Shown one piece after another: positions 45,288 through 61,649 of a stretch of DNA of 64,000 nucleotides. Made by a program: the position numbers and the translations under genes. The DNA lies in the NCBI RefSeq assembly GCF_003790525.1, contig NZ_CP033635.1, one strand, 5' to 3'. The DNA comes from Escherichia coli. Lineage in GTDB: Bacteria > Pseudomonadota > Gammaproteobacteria > Enterobacterales > Enterobacteriaceae. Below the pieces are notes generated by a model. That model had not been told where the DNA came from. It saw only the letters and a list, made by a program, of their open reading frames with translations, and made no database searches. Positions within the stretch are counted from its first letter, which is position 1. Each line of letters opens with the position of its first letter.

Positions 45288-46710
45288 TTTGCCCCGGCTG
45301 GCGAGCGCGGTGCTGCCACTGTGTTCGCAACATCCCGGTCAGTGTGGCCTTTTTCCTCTGGAGAAAAGTCTGGATGCGTTTGCCGCCCGGTATCGTCTGG
45401 CCGAAATGGCAGAGCATACGCTGGATGTTCAGTATTACATCTGGCAGGACGATATGTCGGGTCGGTTACTGTTTTCCGCCCTGTTAGCCGCAGCAAAGCG
45501 TGGCGTTCGCGTCCGTTTGTTGCTGGACGACAACAATACGCCCGGACTTGACGACATTTTACGCTTGCTTGACAGTCATCCACGCATTGAAGTCCGGCTT
45601 TTTAATCCTTTCTCGTTTCGCTTGCTACGTCCGCTTGGTTATATCACCGACTTTTCCCGTCTCAATCGCCGTATGCACAATAAAAGTTTCACTGTCGATG
45701 GCGTGGTTACCCTGGTGGGAGGACGAAATATTGGTGATGCCTATTTTGGGGCAGGGGAAGAGCCACTTTTTTCGGATTTAGATGTCATGGCAATAGGACC
45801 GGTGGTAGAGGACGTTGCCGATGATTTCGCCCGCTACTGGTATTGCAAATCGGTTTCACCCTTACAGCAGGTGCTGGATGTCACGGAAGGTGAAATGGCG
45901 GATCGCATCGAGTTACCCGCCTCCTGGCATAACGATGCCATGACGCATCGTTATTTACGCAAAATGGAATCCAGTCCGTTTATAAATCATCTGGTTGATG
46001 GAACGTTGCCGCTTATCTGGGCGAAGACACGTTTATTAAGTGATGATCCGGCGAAAGGGGAGGGCAAGGCAAAACGGCATTCACTGTTACCGCAGCGCCT
46101 GTTCGATATCATGGGCTCACCCAGTGAACGCATCGATATTATCTCTTCCTATTTTGTACCGACACGCGCAGGTGTGGCGCAACTCTTACGTATGGTGAGA
46201 AAAGGGGTAAAGATTGCGATCCTAACCAATTCTCTTGCCGCTAACGATGTTGCTGTCGTCCATGCCGGATACGCACGCTGGCGCAAAAAATTGCTCCGCT
46301 ACGGCGTGGAATTATATGAACTCAAGCCGACGCGTGAACAAAGTAGTACGTTACACGATCGCGGCATCACCGGTAATTCCGGTGCCAGCCTGCATGCTAA
46401 AACCTTTAGCATCGATGGTAAAACGGTGTTTATCGGCTCTTTCAATTTCGATCCGCGTTCGACATTGCTCAATACTGAAATGGGCTTCGTGATAGAGAGC
46501 GAAACGCTGGCACAGTTAATTGATAAACGCTTTATTCAGAGCCAGTATGATGCGGCCTGGCAGCTCCGTCTGGACAGGTGGGGACGGATCAACTGGGTTG
46601 ATCGTCATGCAAAGAAAGAGATTGTTCTCAAAAAAGAACCCGCCACCAGTTTCTGGAAGCGGGTTATGGTCAGACTGGCGTCGATATTGCCCGTGGAATG
46701 GTTATTATAA
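45280..46710 (+). CDS. clsC: Cardiolipin synthase C (phospholipase D family)
   Basis: ATG 45280 preceded by AGGAG, overlapping ymdB 3' end; two HxK(x)4D PLD motifs. Confidence 0.85.
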
Positions 46711-46717
46711 GCATGGC

Positions 46718-47875
46718 TTAACGGGCTGGTGCTTTATCGTTCTCACGCTTAACAACCGGTTTACCAGAGAACAAAAACTTCAGTAACGGGATGCGTAAAT
46801 GAATTTCATACAGAATTATCGCAATCCCTACTACGAATATCAGGCCACAGAGAAAACCAAGCCAGTTGGAGGTGATGTGCGGTGTAATGTACGCGCCGAA
46901 AAACAGCGTTAACGGGTGGTGAACCAGATAGATAAACAGCGATGCATTAACAAAGTAAGTCACCCGCGCTGACTGGAAGTTAAGCAAACGGTGGCCGAAG
47001 GAGAAGACCACATTCACCATCCACAGACCGAGGACCATGGTGATCACAGACTCGGTTTCGTACATCCAGGCATCGCCACTGCCATAGCGCTGGTTGAGTA
47101 AGTAAGCGACAAATGCCAATGCTGCTGCAAGGGTACAGCCACGAGACGGCGTGGTAAACAAGGCTTTAAGATGAGGGAAAATGAAAGCCAGTGCGCCGAG
47201 GATAAAGAACGGCAAATAAAATAGCGTTTGCATGACAATAAAATTGAACATGCCGTTACTCAGAATGGGCGGATACACAATAAAAATCGTTCTTCTTATT
47301 ACCGCATAACCGATGCCGAGGCACAAAAAAATCACCGATAGTTTTACCATCGAGAATTTTTTATTCGTTTTATCAGAATTTTCTAAATTATTTCTGATGC
47401 GTTTAAATATCCATACGCACAGCGTCGTCATGACTACTAACACCAGTAAAAACCACAGGTGTGATATTAATTCCCAGGCCAACGTATTATATTTGTCATA
47501 CAATGACAGTCCAGGCCAACTTTCCGCTTTCCCTTTGACGTATTGCAGCATAATAAATTGCGGCAATGTCAGTAGGGGGATGGCTGTTAACATCGGGATC
47601 CCTACACGTTTGACACGTACTTTCCACCATTTTTTCAAGGGATAGCGTAAAAAAAGCATGTAGGAAAAGTACCCGGATATAACGAAAAATACCTGCATGC
47701 GGAACGAGTGGATGAAGTCATTAAAAAGGGTCAGCCATAATGACGGTTCGGCGCTATTCACATGCCATGTATGGCTCGAATAGATTAAAGAAATATGAAA
47801 AGGGATCCCTAACAACATCAGCCAGGCGCGGATGGAGTCGAGGAAATATTCACGTTGCGCGGGTACTGGGTTCAT
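46718..47875 (-). CDS. opgC: Osmoregulated periplasmic glucan succinyltransferase OpgC
   Basis: 385-aa multi-TM acyltransferase-family [37 protein letters not shown]... Confidence 0.9.
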   Translation of the reverse strand: MNPVPAQREYFLDSIRAWLMLLGIPFHISLIYSSHTWHVNSAEPSLWLTLFNDFIHSFRMQVFFVISGYFSYMLFLRYPLKKWWKVRVKRVGIPMLTAIPLLTLPQFIMLQYVKGKAESWPGLSLYDKYNTLAWELISHLWFLLVLVVMTTLCVWIFKRIRNNLENSDKTNKKFSMVKLSVIFLCLGIGYAVIRRTIFIVYPPILSNGMFNFIVMQTLFYLPFFILGALAFIFPHLKALFTTPSRGCTLAAALAFVAYLLNQRYGSGDAWMYETESVITMVLGLWMVNVVFSFGHRLLNFQSARVTYFVNASLFIYLVHHPLTLFFGAYITPHITSNWLGFLCGLIFVVGIAIILYEIHLRIPLLKFLFSGKPVVKRENDKAPAR

Positions 47876-48157
47876 ATATGGTTAACTAATCTCGGATTTT
47901 TCGTCTTATCCCTGTCGGGTTATGCCTTTAGGCTTGTTGCCATAGCGACACCGACCTGACCGCGCCAGGCGCAGGCTTCAAGGTTTTTATGCATAGCATC
48001 ATCGCTACCACTAACCAGAATGGAAGCGTCTGTAAGACGGTTGATAAATAAATTTGCTGGCAAACCCTACACGAAGTCGATGCTTCTGTCTTTAGGAGAA
48101 GCACGGAAAGTGAAAACGGTTGCAATCAGGTGCTTAATCCATGAGCCAGCGTGCTGA

Positions 48158-52340
<4,183 letters not shown>

Positions 52341-52349
52341 AAACGTAGT

Positions 52350-52450
52350 TGCCTGATGCGCTACGCTTATCAGGCCTACATCGCTCCTGCAATGTATTGA
52401 TTTTGCAAGATTTTGTGGGTCGGATAAGGCGTTCACGCCACATCTGGCAA
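52350..52450. repeat. REP/BIME elements downstream of opgH
   Basis: gcctgatgcgctacgcttatcaggcctaca and gtcggataaggcgttcacgccacatctggc units. Confidence 0.55.
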
Positions 52451-52465
52451 AAACAACGAGCCAAT

Positions 52466-52497
52466 AAAAATACCGGCGTTATGCCGGTATTTTTTTA
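52466..52497 (+). terminator. Rho-independent terminator between opgH and yceK
   Basis: TACCGGC-gttat-GCCGGTA followed by T7. Confidence 0.55.
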
Positions 52498-52512
52498 CGG
52501 AAGAGGTATCAA

Positions 52513-52740
52513 ATGCGTTTAATTGTGGTGAGCATCATGGTGACCTTGCTGAGTGGCTGTGGCAGCATTATTAGTCGCACTATACCGGGGCAGGGGCATG
52601 GCAACCAATATTATCCCGGTGTGCAATGGGATGTGCGTGACTCCGCCTGGCGTTATGTCACGATCCTTGATCTGCCATTCTCCCTGGTTTTTGATACTTT
52701 ACTGCTGCCGATCGACATTCATCATGGCCCGTATGAGTAA
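52513..52740 (+). CDS. yceK: Lipoprotein YceK
   Basis: 75-aa ORF MRLIVVSIMVTLLSGCGSIISR... with lipobox LSGC. Confidence 0.85.
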   Translation: MRLIVVSIMVTLLSGCGSIISRTIPGQGHGNQYYPGVQWDVRDSAWRYVTILDLPFSLVFDTLLLPIDIHHGPYE

Positions 52741-53115
52741 TTAACGTTCATCCCACTCATCAGCTGCTGCGCGTCCTTCCTCGGTATCCAGCGGTGGCTC
52801 AAGCTGAAATTCCCCCTCGTCCCATTCATGTAATGTATTCTCTTCCTGCCACTCCTGGCGGATCTCTATCTCATCATAGTCGCCGTCAAAGACACTTTGC
52901 GCAGCTTCACCGCTAAGCATGGGTAAACATTCACCTTCTTCCCCTTCGTCGGCAAAAAACTCAACTTGCCACATGATGTCGCCGTCCTGCAAAACGTATT
53001 TTTGGGCATTGAACTGTTGCACATTCGCGTTTTCGGCGTCGATGCCGGGGTTGTCTGCAAGAAATTCTTCGCGTGCAGCGTCAATGGCTTCTTCAAGCGT
53101 TGCGTACATGGTCAT
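52741..53115 (-). CDS. msyB: Acidic protein MsyB
   Basis: 124-aa highly acidic ORF MTMYATLEEAIDAAREEFLADNPGIDAENANVQQFNAQ... Confidence 0.85.
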   Translation of the reverse strand: MTMYATLEEAIDAAREEFLADNPGIDAENANVQQFNAQKYVLQDGDIMWQVEFFADEGEEGECLPMLSGEAAQSVFDGDYDEIEIRQEWQEENTLHEWDEGEFQLEPPLDTEEGRAAADEWDER

Positions 53116-53197
53116 CACGATTCTCCCTTTGAGTTGATGAGGTTTCAGGGAAAAGGATAGCTGATTCTCCGCTTTTGCAAGTATGAAAGGCGAAAAA

Positions 53198-54424
53198 TCA
53201 GTTCGATACCTGGGGTATTCGACGACGACGTAGACTGTTCCATGAATAGACTGCGTTGAATAACACTACGCCAGCGGTGACGAGAAATACCGCTCTGAAA
53301 CCGTAGTTCGCTGAAATCGCGGCTCCCATCAATGGTCCGGTAACGTTTCCAATATCACGAAACGACTGGTTATAGCTGAAGATACGCCCGGCGATTTGGT
53401 TGCTCGAGTTGTAAACCAACAGTGTCTGTACGGCGGGGAGTAGTGCACCATCGGCGGCACCGAGCAAAAAACGTAAAATCCCAAGTTGTAATGGCGTCTG
53501 AACGTATGACATTGGGATCAACAGCAGTACAGAAAAGATCAGCGCCGTAATCAGGATCTTTTCGGGGCCGATTCGATCGCCAAGTTTGCCGAGTCGTGGT
53601 GCACTCAGCAGAGCCGCCACGCCTGGCACCGAGGCGATCATGCCACTGATAAAAGCGACGTTACTGACGTTACCCGCCAGTTCGCGGACATACAGCGTCA
53701 GAATGGGGGCAATTGAGCCCGTCGCCACCTGGATGATTAACGTGGTGACAAACAGGCTGAGTATCAGTTTCGGGTTTTTAAGTGATGTCACCACTTCCCG
53801 CATATGCAGCATCTCTTTTTTGCTGACCGGCTGGAATTTTTCTCTGATGCAAAACAGGGTGACGAAAAAGCAGAGTATGAGCACACTGGCGGTAATAAAG
53901 AATACCGGACGTAAGCCGTAGCTATCAGCGAGCAAACCGCCAGCCATTGGGCCGAGCAACGCGCCGCTAACGCCGCCTGTGGAGAGCGTACCCAGCGCCC
54001 AGCCGCTTTTATTACGCGGTACTTGTGTGGCGATAAGAGCATTAGCGTTGGGGACAAATCCGCCAAGTAAACCAAGAAGCGCCCGCAGGATCAAAAACTG
54101 CCAGATATTTTGTGCCAGTCCCATCAACACCATCACGATGCCCATGCCGAGAGCAGAGCGTAATAGCATGAGTTTTCGGCCTTTACGGTCGGCGAGTCCA
54201 CCCCAAAACGGTGAGGCGATGGCCGAAAATAAAAATGTAATGCTGAAGACAATACCGGACCACATATTCAGGGCGGAGTGACCGGTAACGCCAAGCTGCT
54301 CAACGTAGAGGGGTAAGAAGGGCATTACCAGACTGAAGGCGGCACCGGTAAGAAAACAGCCTAGCCAGGCGACGATCAGGTTTCGTTTCCAGTTTATAGG
54401 GGTGTCATTTTCACAGGGTGACAT
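53198..54424 (-). CDS. mdtG: MFS multidrug efflux transporter MdtG
   Basis: 408-aa 12-[54 protein letters not shown]... Confidence 0.9.
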   Translation of the reverse strand: MSPCENDTPINWKRNLIVAWLGCFLTGAAFSLVMPFLPLYVEQLGVTGHSALNMWSGIVFSITFLFSAIASPFWGGLADRKGRKLMLLRSALGMGIVMVLMGLAQNIWQFLILRALLGLLGGFVPNANALIATQVPRNKSGWALGTLSTGGVSGALLGPMAGGLLADSYGLRPVFFITASVLILCFFVTLFCIREKFQPVSKKEMLHMREVVTSLKNPKLILSLFVTTLIIQVATGSIAPILTLYVRELAGNVSNVAFISGMIASVPGVAALLSAPRLGKLGDRIGPEKILITALIFSVLLLIPMSYVQTPLQLGILRFLLGAADGALLPAVQTLLVYNSSNQIAGRIFSYNQSFRDIGNVTGPLMGAAISANYGFRAVFLVTAGVVLFNAVYSWNSLRRRRIPQVSN

Positions 54425-54595
54425 AGCAATCCGCTGTTGGTGCGCCAGGCGCGGTGAACATAAGAAGAAAAGATAAGCACACTAATTATGCGCCCGACTT
54501 CCAGGGGGCGCAATCCAGAGAGCTTTTATCGCTAAATCAGGGGGATTTGCTGTGGTAATGCCGGATGCCATTCTGAAGCATCCAGCATGGAAGAT

Positions 54596-55516
54596 TTAAT
54601 AGCGTGAAGGAACGCCTTCCGGGCGTGTTTTAAAGCGACGGTGTAACCACATATACTGCTCTGGTGCCATCATGATGCATTTTTCGACCACTTTGTTCAT
54701 CCACGCGGCGGTGGTTTCGGCATCATCCAGCGGCGGAGAACACTCTGGCGGCAGTATAATCAACTGATACCCTTTGCCATCTGGCTTACGGCATGGAACG
54801 AAGGGCACCAGACATGCGCCGGACATCCGTGCCAGCATCCAGGTTCCGGTCGTGGTCGCAGCCTGCTCAACGGCAAACAACGGGACGAAAACGCTTGAGC
54901 GCGGGCCGTAATCATGATCCGGTGCGTACCAGACCACTTCGCCTTTTTTCAGGGCTTTAATCATGCCTTTTAAATCTTTGCGGTCGAGCATCGATTTATT
55001 TGAGCGTAAACGGCCCCAGGTTTGTAGCCAGTCAATCAGTGGATTATCGTTCGGGCGGTAAACGCCAATCCCCGGTTCCTGCATACCAAACTGCCGCGCA
55101 CCAAGCTCCAGTGTCAGAAAATGGATGCCAACTAACAGGATGCCGCGTTTTTGCGCCTGCACGTCACGAATGTGTTCCATGCCGATCACTTCCGTCCAGC
55201 GGGCGATTCTGCGGTCCGACCAGAACCACGCCATGCCAGTTTCCATCAGTCCCATGCCAACGGATTCGAAATTCTTCACCACCATTTTACGGCGTTCTTG
55301 TTCGCTCATTTCCGGGAAGCACAGTTCCAGGTTGCGATGCACAATTTTTGCGCGTCGTTTCATAAAACGTAACGCAAGTTTTCCTAATCCACAACCGAGG
55401 CGGTAGATAACCGGGTAGGGCAATTGCACGACTAACCAAAGTACGCCAATACCCAACCAGGTTAACCAATAACGCGGATGAAGCAGTGCGGTGGAGAACT
55501 TGGGTAGATTCGTCAT
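54596..55516 (-). CDS. lpxL: Lipid A biosynthesis lauroyltransferase LpxL
   Basis: ATG at 55514-55516 ([36 protein letters not shown]...), 306 aa. Confidence 0.9.
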   Translation of the reverse strand: MTNLPKFSTALLHPRYWLTWLGIGVLWLVVQLPYPVIYRLGCGLGKLALRFMKRRAKIVHRNLELCFPEMSEQERRKMVVKNFESVGMGLMETGMAWFWSDRRIARWTEVIGMEHIRDVQAQKRGILLVGIHFLTLELGARQFGMQEPGIGVYRPNDNPLIDWLQTWGRLRSNKSMLDRKDLKGMIKALKKGEVVWYAPDHDYGPRSSVFVPLFAVEQAATTTGTWMLARMSGACLVPFVPCRKPDGKGYQLIILPPECSPPLDDAETTAAWMNKVVEKCIMMAPEQYMWLHRRFKTRPEGVPSRY

Positions 55517-55740
55517 ATCAATCCTGTTTTTCAACCTATACGGGCAATTGTATGTATTGTCGCATTTTTTCGTCCGCAACCAAAATTTGTGACTGAAGAC
55601 TGGGCGAAATTGCCGCGATTGTAAATAACAAATAATTTTTAATGCGCAAATGTAGCGTAAAATGTGTGGATGTTAATTATCGATAATTGCTATATCATGC
55701 CGCGGATTTTTACTTTCCCATCTCGCAGGAACCGTACACC

Positions 55741-56793
55741 ATGCCAGTGTTACACAACCGCATTTCCAACGACGCGTTAAAAGCCAAAATGTTGGCTGAG
55801 AGCGAACCGCGAACCACCATTTCGTTTTATAAGTATTTCCACATCGCCGATCCTAAGGCGACCCGTGACGCTTTATATCAGCTGTTTACCGCGCTGAATG
55901 TTTTTGGGCGAGTGTATCTGGCGCATGAGGGCATTAACGCGCAAATCAGCGTACCTGCGAGCAATGTTGAAACATTTCGCGCGCAGCTTTATGCCTTCGA
56001 CCCGGCTTTAGAGGGCTTACGCCTGAATATCGCGTTGGAAGATGACGGGAAATCCTTCTGGGTACTGCGCATGAAGGTCCGCGATCGTATCGTTGCCGAC
56101 GGTATTGACGATCCTCACTTTGATGCCAGCAATGTGGGTGAGTATCTGCAAGCGGCGGAAGTGAACGCCATGCTTGACGATCCCGATGCATTGTTTATCG
56201 ACATGCGTAACCACTATGAGTATGAAGTGGGGCACTTTGAAAACGCGCTGGAAATTCCGGCAGATACCTTCCGTGAGCAGCTGCCAAAAGCAGTTGAGAT
56301 GATGCAGGCACATAAAGATAAAAAAATCGTCATGTACTGCACCGGCGGCATTCGTTGTGAAAAAGCCAGTGCCTGGATGAAACATAACGGATTCAATAAA
56401 GTCTGGCATATCGAGGGTGGAATTATTGAATACGCCCGTAAGGCGCGCGAGCAGGGCTTGCCGGTGCGTTTTATTGGCAAAAATTTTGTTTTTGACGAGC
56501 GGATGGGCGAACGTATATCTGATGAGATTATCGCGCATTGCCACCAGTGCGGTGCGCCGTGCGACAGCCATACCAACTGTAAAAATGATGGCTGCCATCT
56601 GCTTTTTATTCAGTGTCCAGTATGTGCGGAAAAATACAAAGGTTGTTGTAGTGAGATTTGCTGCGAAGAAAGCGCGTTACCGCCAGAGGAACAGCGACGC
56701 CGTCGGGCAGGACGTGAAAATGGCAATAAGATCTTTAATAAGTCTCGTGGACGTCTGAATACAACACTGGGCATTCCTGATCCAACAGAGTAA
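55741..56793 (+). CDS. trhO: tRNA uridine(34) hydroxylase TrhO (rhodanese-domain protein YceA)
   Basis: ATG 55741 ([43 protein letters not shown]...), 350 aa, rhodanese active-site Cys ([12 protein letters not shown]). Confidence 0.88.
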   Translation: MPVLHNRISNDALKAKMLAESEPRTTISFYKYFHIADPKATRDALYQLFTALNVFGRVYLAHEGINAQISVPASNVETFRAQLYAFDPALEGLRLNIALEDDGKSFWVLRMKVRDRIVADGIDDPHFDASNVGEYLQAAEVNAMLDDPDALFIDMRNHYEYEVGHFENALEIPADTFREQLPKAVEMMQAHKDKKIVMYCTGGIRCEKASAWMKHNGFNKVWHIEGGIIEYARKAREQGLPVRFIGKNFVFDERMGERISDEIIAHCHQCGAPCDSHTNCKNDGCHLLFIQCPVCAEKYKGCCSEICCEESALPPEEQRRRRAGRENGNKIFNKSRGRLNTTLGIPDPTE

Positions 56794-56834
56794 ATATCAT
56801 TGCCGGATGCGTGCCATCCGGCAACATTTCACTC

Positions 56835-57410
56835 TTACTTCTGCTGTACGCCTTCCACTGAAATAATCAGATCCACTTCCTGAGAAGCTGGACCTAAATC
56901 TGTTTTGATATTGAAGTCCTTGAGCTTAATTTTGCCTTCGGCCTCGAAGCCTGCACGTTTACCACCCCACGGGTCGTCGCCTTGACCAATTAATTTCGCT
57001 TCCAGCGTGACGGGTTTGGTTACGCCATTCAGCGTCAGATCGCCGGTAATATCCAGTTCGTCACCGTCTTTCTTCACGCTGGTGGAGGTGAATGTTGCCT
57101 GTGGATATTTTGCAGTATTGAGGAAATCTGCACTGCGAAGATGTTTATCGCGTTCGGCGTGATTAGTATCGACGCTGGTGGTGTTAATTGTCACATTCAC
57201 TTTATCGGCAGCCGGATTTTTTTCATCAAAGGTAAAAGTACCGTCGAAATCTTTAAAGGTGCCATATAACCAGCTATAGCCAAGATGCTGGATGCGGAAG
57301 TTAACAAAGGCGTGCTGACCTTCTTTGTCAATTTTGTAATCGGCGGCAACCGCTGAACCGGCAGAGAACATCAGGGAAGCGAAGGTTAAACCAAGCAGGC
57401 TTTTTTTCAT
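56835..57410 (-). CDS. yceI: Periplasmic polyisoprenoid-binding protein YceI
   Basis: 191-aa ORF with signal peptide [47 protein letters not shown]... Confidence 0.9.
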
Positions 57411-57413
57411 TTT

Positions 57414-57980
57414 TTATACTCCATAGTCAGATGACGACTTTCCCAGCATGCGCTTCAGAGTGTCGTCTTTATCGATGAAATGATGCTTCAGGGCCATAAA
57501 TCCATGCATAACGGACAGTACTACGACGCTCCACGCGAGCCAAAAATGCAGGGCACCGGCAAAGTCAGCCTGTGCGCCAGCGTCGGCGAGGGTCGCGGGG
57601 ACGTCAAACCAGCCAAAAACGCTGATCGGTTTACCATCGGCAGTTGAGATCAGATAGCCGCTGATGCCGATGGCGAACAGCAATAGGTACAATGCGAGAT
57701 GTCCAGCCTTTGCGCCAAGACGAGTCATTGACGAATAACTTTGCAGCGGACCCGGCGGTGGAGATATGACGCGCCACAGAACGCGAATAACCAGCCCCAT
57801 CATTAACAAAATACCGATGCTTTTATGCAGTTCGGGTGCTTTGTGATACCAGCCATCGTAATAACTGAGCGTGACCATCCACAGACCTAAAGCAAACATG
57901 CCGTAGACAATAATTGCGCTTATCCAATGTAAGGCCGCAGATATAACACCATAGCGTTCAGGGGTATTTGTGAATGACAT
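57414..57980 (-). CDS. yceJ: Cytochrome b561 homologue YceJ
   Basis: ATG at 57978-57980 (MSFTNTPERYGVISAALHWISAIIVYGMFALGLWMVTLSYY...), 188 aa. Confidence 0.85.
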   Translation of the reverse strand: MSFTNTPERYGVISAALHWISAIIVYGMFALGLWMVTLSYYDGWYHKAPELHKSIGILLMMGLVIRVLWRVISPPPGPLQSYSSMTRLGAKAGHLALYLLLFAIGISGYLISTADGKPISVFGWFDVPATLADAGAQADFAGALHFWLAWSVVVLSVMHGFMALKHHFIDKDDTLKRMLGKSSSDYGV

Positions 57981-58240
57981 AAGTGCATCCAAAACGAATT
58001 TGCGAGAGAAAGAAAATGGCGTGTCGGAGAATGAATTGCAACACAAAAATAACAAATCGAATGATATTTATTTTTATTTCAATAATTTTGAATTAATAAT
58101 GAAAGAATCTTCATAAGTTTAGTGGGTTCAGCATCAGAGATGTCTGGTGAGTGCTGTTGAAGCAGGAATAATCTCATTCAATTTTTCACGCTAAATGAAA
58201 GGGAGATTAAATATTTGTCAGTTTATGTCAGTGCGGAAAA

Positions 58241-58354
58241 CTAAAAATAAAACACATAGATCAGATCCATAATTGCCAACAATCCCCAGAGAAAAAGATA
58301 AAGCATCAGATGCTCGCGAATATTATTGATGAGATAGTGCAACAGCCGACGCAT
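58241..58354 (-). CDS. yceO: Small hydrophobic protein, likely YceO (37 codons here); below the ORF-track size cutoff
   Basis: Hand translation [45 protein letters not shown] 7 nt upstream of ATG (58352-58354); stop TAG (58241-58243). Confidence 0.5.
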
Positions 58355-58401
58355 TAAATACTCCTGTAAAAACGGCCTCATTCTGGAGGCCGTAATGATG
58401 A

Positions 58402-59520
58402 TTATTGGAAGCGGGAAAGCCTGAATGGCGTCAAATCAAAATCGCTTTTTTTGTCTTGCGCAAAATCGGCAGCTATTTCCCCTAAAACTGACGCAAATTT
58501 AAAACCGTGCCCACTCAGGCCGGTAATGAGCAGTGTATTATCGTGGGCGGGTAGAGTATCGATAATAAAATCCTCGTCAGGAGAATTATCATAGGTGCAG
58601 GCAGCGCCGTACAGGCAGCAACCGATACCCGGCAACACATTGCGCAAGAACGGGAAGGCTTCCGAACCATCGCTGACCACTTCCGCAAACGGAACACGTT
58701 CATCCGCTGAATGGATAACCTGGCCTCCGTTATGTTTGCCAATCTTCAACGCGTCGTTTTCTGCCGGAAAACCATAATATTGATCGCCATTGGGCAGTTC
58801 ACCGGTAAACGCCGGGAATTTATTCTTCACGCTATAGCGACCATCGGCCTGATACCAGGCAAATACTTTGCGTACGGGCTGGACAGGCAGCTCCGGGAGT
58901 AGGTCTTTTACCCATGTTCCCGCGCAGACAATCGCTTTTTTCGCCTGATACTCACCGTCTGCCGTTTCAATAGTTACGCCATCATCGTCATGACGAATTT
59001 CGGTGACCGGGCAGTTGAACAGCTGCGCACAGCCCGCTTCCTTCGCCAGTTGGATCCAGGTTTTAATCGCCAGTTCGCTGCGCAAAAAACCGGAATCAGT
59101 TTCAAATAAACCGATGTAGTTGTCCGGGACGCGTATTTCTGGCCAGCGGGCCATAATCCCTTGCGCGTCGAGCTGTTCAACGTTGAGTTGCCACTGTTCG
59201 GCGCTGTGGGCGACGTTGGCGAGAAATGCTGAGTCAGCCGGACCGAGGTTAATGACACCAGAGCGTACAAAAATGGGATCATCTTCGTTGTGGCGGGAAA
59301 GTTCATCCCACAGCATTTGCGCGCGGAGGACCAGCGGGACATACTTTTCGCCTTCACCATAAGCATGGCGAATTAATCGCGTATCGCCGTGGTGGCTGCC
59401 GTGTTGATGCGGTGGCATATGGGCGTCGGTCATTAGCACGTTTAAACCGGCGCGGGTTGCATAATACCCGGCGGCAGCGCCTACGGAACCGCTGCCAATA
59501 ATGATGAGATCGTATTTCAT
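58402..59520 (-). CDS. solA: N-methyl-L-tryptophan oxidase SolA
   Basis: 372-aa [37 protein letters not shown]... with FAD-binding GxGxxG. Confidence 0.9.
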
Positions 59521-59634
59521 TTTTTTCTCTCTGCTCTCATGGTTTAAGCAGAGTAATTAACTGAATGCAGATATACAACCCAGAAATGGTAAAGGCACCG
59601 GTGAGGTGCCTTTTGGGTGGATGGTCATGTCATG

Positions 59635-59889
59635 TTAATGACGCCGATACTCGTTTACCGGGAAATCACCGGATTCAATTTTGGCGATTCCTGCTTCTAA
59701 TATCGAAATAAATTGTCTGGCAACATCAGTGGTTAACCAGAGCGTCTGACCAACTTCAGTCCCTTCCTGCTCGGACTTATTTGGGGTCTGGTAGTGCAAA
59801 CGCAACATCAGCGCATCATAGCTATCAACGGTGCTGATGTCCCACCCTACGAGCGGATGAGTCTGAATGACTTCATTATTTTTTTCCAT
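59635..59889 (-). CDS. bssS: Biofilm regulator BssS
   Basis: 84-aa ORF MEKNNEVIQTHPLVGWDISTVDSYDALMLRLHYQTPNKSEQEG... Confidence 0.85.
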   Translation of the reverse strand: MEKNNEVIQTHPLVGWDISTVDSYDALMLRLHYQTPNKSEQEGTEVGQTLWLTTDVARQFISILEAGIAKIESGDFPVNEYRRH

Positions 59890-60130
59890 CATGGCCCCCT
59901 AATTCGTGTTACTAGACAACGTTATTCGAGGTTCAATGCGTTTTTATCTGAAGCAACTTCAGTATACCAATAAGTAAGGGTATTCACCGAATTTTTAAAG
60001 GGGGGAACAGATAAATTTCTGCTTTTAAGATTTATATGAACAATAAAACAGCATGTCATTCATATTTTTTTAGCATATTGTGCAATTATTTTGAGGAAGT
60101 GTAGAAATTTTGTACTCACAATTCGCAAGT

Positions 60131-60157
60131 AAAATAAAAAAGCCGGGGCGACCCGGC
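60131..60157 (-). terminator. Rho-independent terminator of dinI
   Basis: Minus strand: GCCGGGTCGCCCCGGC hairpin followed by T-run. Confidence 0.5.
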
Positions 60158-60178
60158 AAAAACAAAAATCACTGCATA

Positions 60179-60424
60179 TTATTCGCTGACAAACCAGTCA
60201 TCGGCGCTTTCCCACGTTTCCTGGAGAATTTCGCTAATGCGCTGTTTATCTTCTTTTGTTGCGCCAATAACCGATAAATTATTCGCTGCGGCATAACGTA
60301 CCGATACGTGGCCTTCATTATCAGGAAACGCATACTGAATACGGCGGGAAAGTTCGCCAGCCAGGGCGTCAATAGCCCCAGCTGGCAATGGAGAAGTTTT
60401 CGCTATGGTGACTTCAATTCGCAT
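60179..60424 (-). CDS. dinI: DNA damage-inducible protein DinI
   Basis: ATG at 60422-60424 (MRIEVTIAKTSPLPAGAIDALAGELSRRIQYAFPDNEGHVSVRYAAANNLSVIGATKEDKQRISEILQETWESADDWFVSE), 81 aa. Confidence 0.9.
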   Translation of the reverse strand: MRIEVTIAKTSPLPAGAIDALAGELSRRIQYAFPDNEGHVSVRYAAANNLSVIGATKEDKQRISEILQETWESADDWFVSE

Positions 60425-60443
60425 AATAGCCCCCTGTTGAATA

Positions 60444-60462
60444 TACTGGTTATTTATACAGG
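60444..60462 (-). promoter_or_regulatory. LexA (SOS) box in the dinI promoter
   Basis: Minus strand CCTGTATAAATAACCAGTA, matching CTGT-N8-ACAG-type SOS box, about 20 bp upstream of the dinI ATG. Confidence 0.65.
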
Positions 60463-60497
60463 CAAAATAACCTAATGACAACAGGAAGCTACGATTT

Positions 60498-61544
60498 TTA
60501 TTGTTTAACGGACCAGCGTACCGTTTCCCCAGCGAGGAATGGCACCAGGGTGTCATCAGTCAGTGCGATGCTTTCAGCAACCTGTTGCTCTTCACGTACC
60601 AGTTCGATGAATGTGTCGTTGACCGGCAAGCCATAGAACTGCGGGCCGTTTACAGAACAGAATGCTTCAAAGTGCTGCAAAGCATTCATCTCTTCAAAGA
60701 CGGTAGCGTAACTGCCCAGCGCGGTTGGGGCGTTGAAACAGCCCGCGCAGCCGCAGCTGCTCTCTTTGCGATGACGTGCATGTGGCGCAGAATCCGTTCC
60801 GAGGAATACACGATTAAAACCGCTGGCGACCAGTTCACGCAATGCCTGTTGGTGGATATTGCGTTTGAGGATGGGTAGACAATACAGGTGCGGACGCACG
60901 CCACCAACCAGCATATGGTTGCGGTTAAACATCAGATGCTGCGGAGTGATGGTGGCAGCCAGCCGTTCATTTCCGTCACGGACATAGTCGGCAGCATCTT
61001 TGGTGGTGATGTGCTCAAAAACGACTTTCAGCGCAGTCAGACGCTGGCGTAGCGGTTCCATCACGCTTTCTATAAAGCGCGCTTCACGATCAAAAATGTC
61101 GATATCTGCATGTGTCACTTCACCATGCACCAGTAGCGGCATACCGATTTTTTCCATGCGCTCAAGTACCGGCATGATTGCGTCAACTGACGTAACGCCG
61201 TGGCTGGAGTTAGTGGTTGCGTTTGCCGGATAAAGTTTTGCAGCGGTGAACACGCCTTCGTTAAATCCGCGCTCCAGCTCATTAGGATCCAGCGAATCTG
61301 TTAAATAACAGGTCATCAGCGGGGTGAAATCGTGCCCGGCAGGTACGGCGTCAAGAATGCGCTGGCGATACGCCACGGCAGCCTCAACGGTGGTCACGGG
61401 CGGAGCCAGATTGGGCATTACGATAGCCCGTCCATAAATTTCGCTGGTATACGGCACGACAGTTTTTAACATGTCGCCATCGCGGAGGTGAAGGTGCCAG
61501 TCGTCTGGGCGGCGGATCTTTAATACCTGGGATGGTGCAGTCAT
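60498..61544 (-). CDS. pyrC: Dihydroorotase PyrC
   Basis: 348-aa [49 protein letters not shown]... Confidence 0.95.
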   Translation of the reverse strand: MTAPSQVLKIRRPDDWHLHLRDGDMLKTVVPYTSEIYGRAIVMPNLAPPVTTVEAAVAYRQRILDAVPAGHDFTPLMTCYLTDSLDPNELERGFNEGVFTAAKLYPANATTNSSHGVTSVDAIMPVLERMEKIGMPLLVHGEVTHADIDIFDREARFIESVMEPLRQRLTALKVVFEHITTKDAADYVRDGNERLAATITPQHLMFNRNHMLVGGVRPHLYCLPILKRNIHQQALRELVASGFNRVFLGTDSAPHARHRKESSCGCAGCFNAPTALGSYATVFEEMNALQHFEAFCSVNGPQFYGLPVNDTFIELVREEQQVAESIALTDDTLVPFLAGETVRWSVKQ

Positions 61545-61649
61545 TAATCTCTATGCTCCGGCTGAAGGGATGTTTTTGCCGGACACAAAGGATAAGCGGA
61601 AACGTTTTCCTTTGCACGAAAAATAAAGGGCGCGAATGCGCCCTCGTGA

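Noticed and set aside
56017-56598. 193-aa minus-strand ORF inside trhO (yceA)
   Set aside because: Antisense to a conserved rhodanese-domain gene; no signals.
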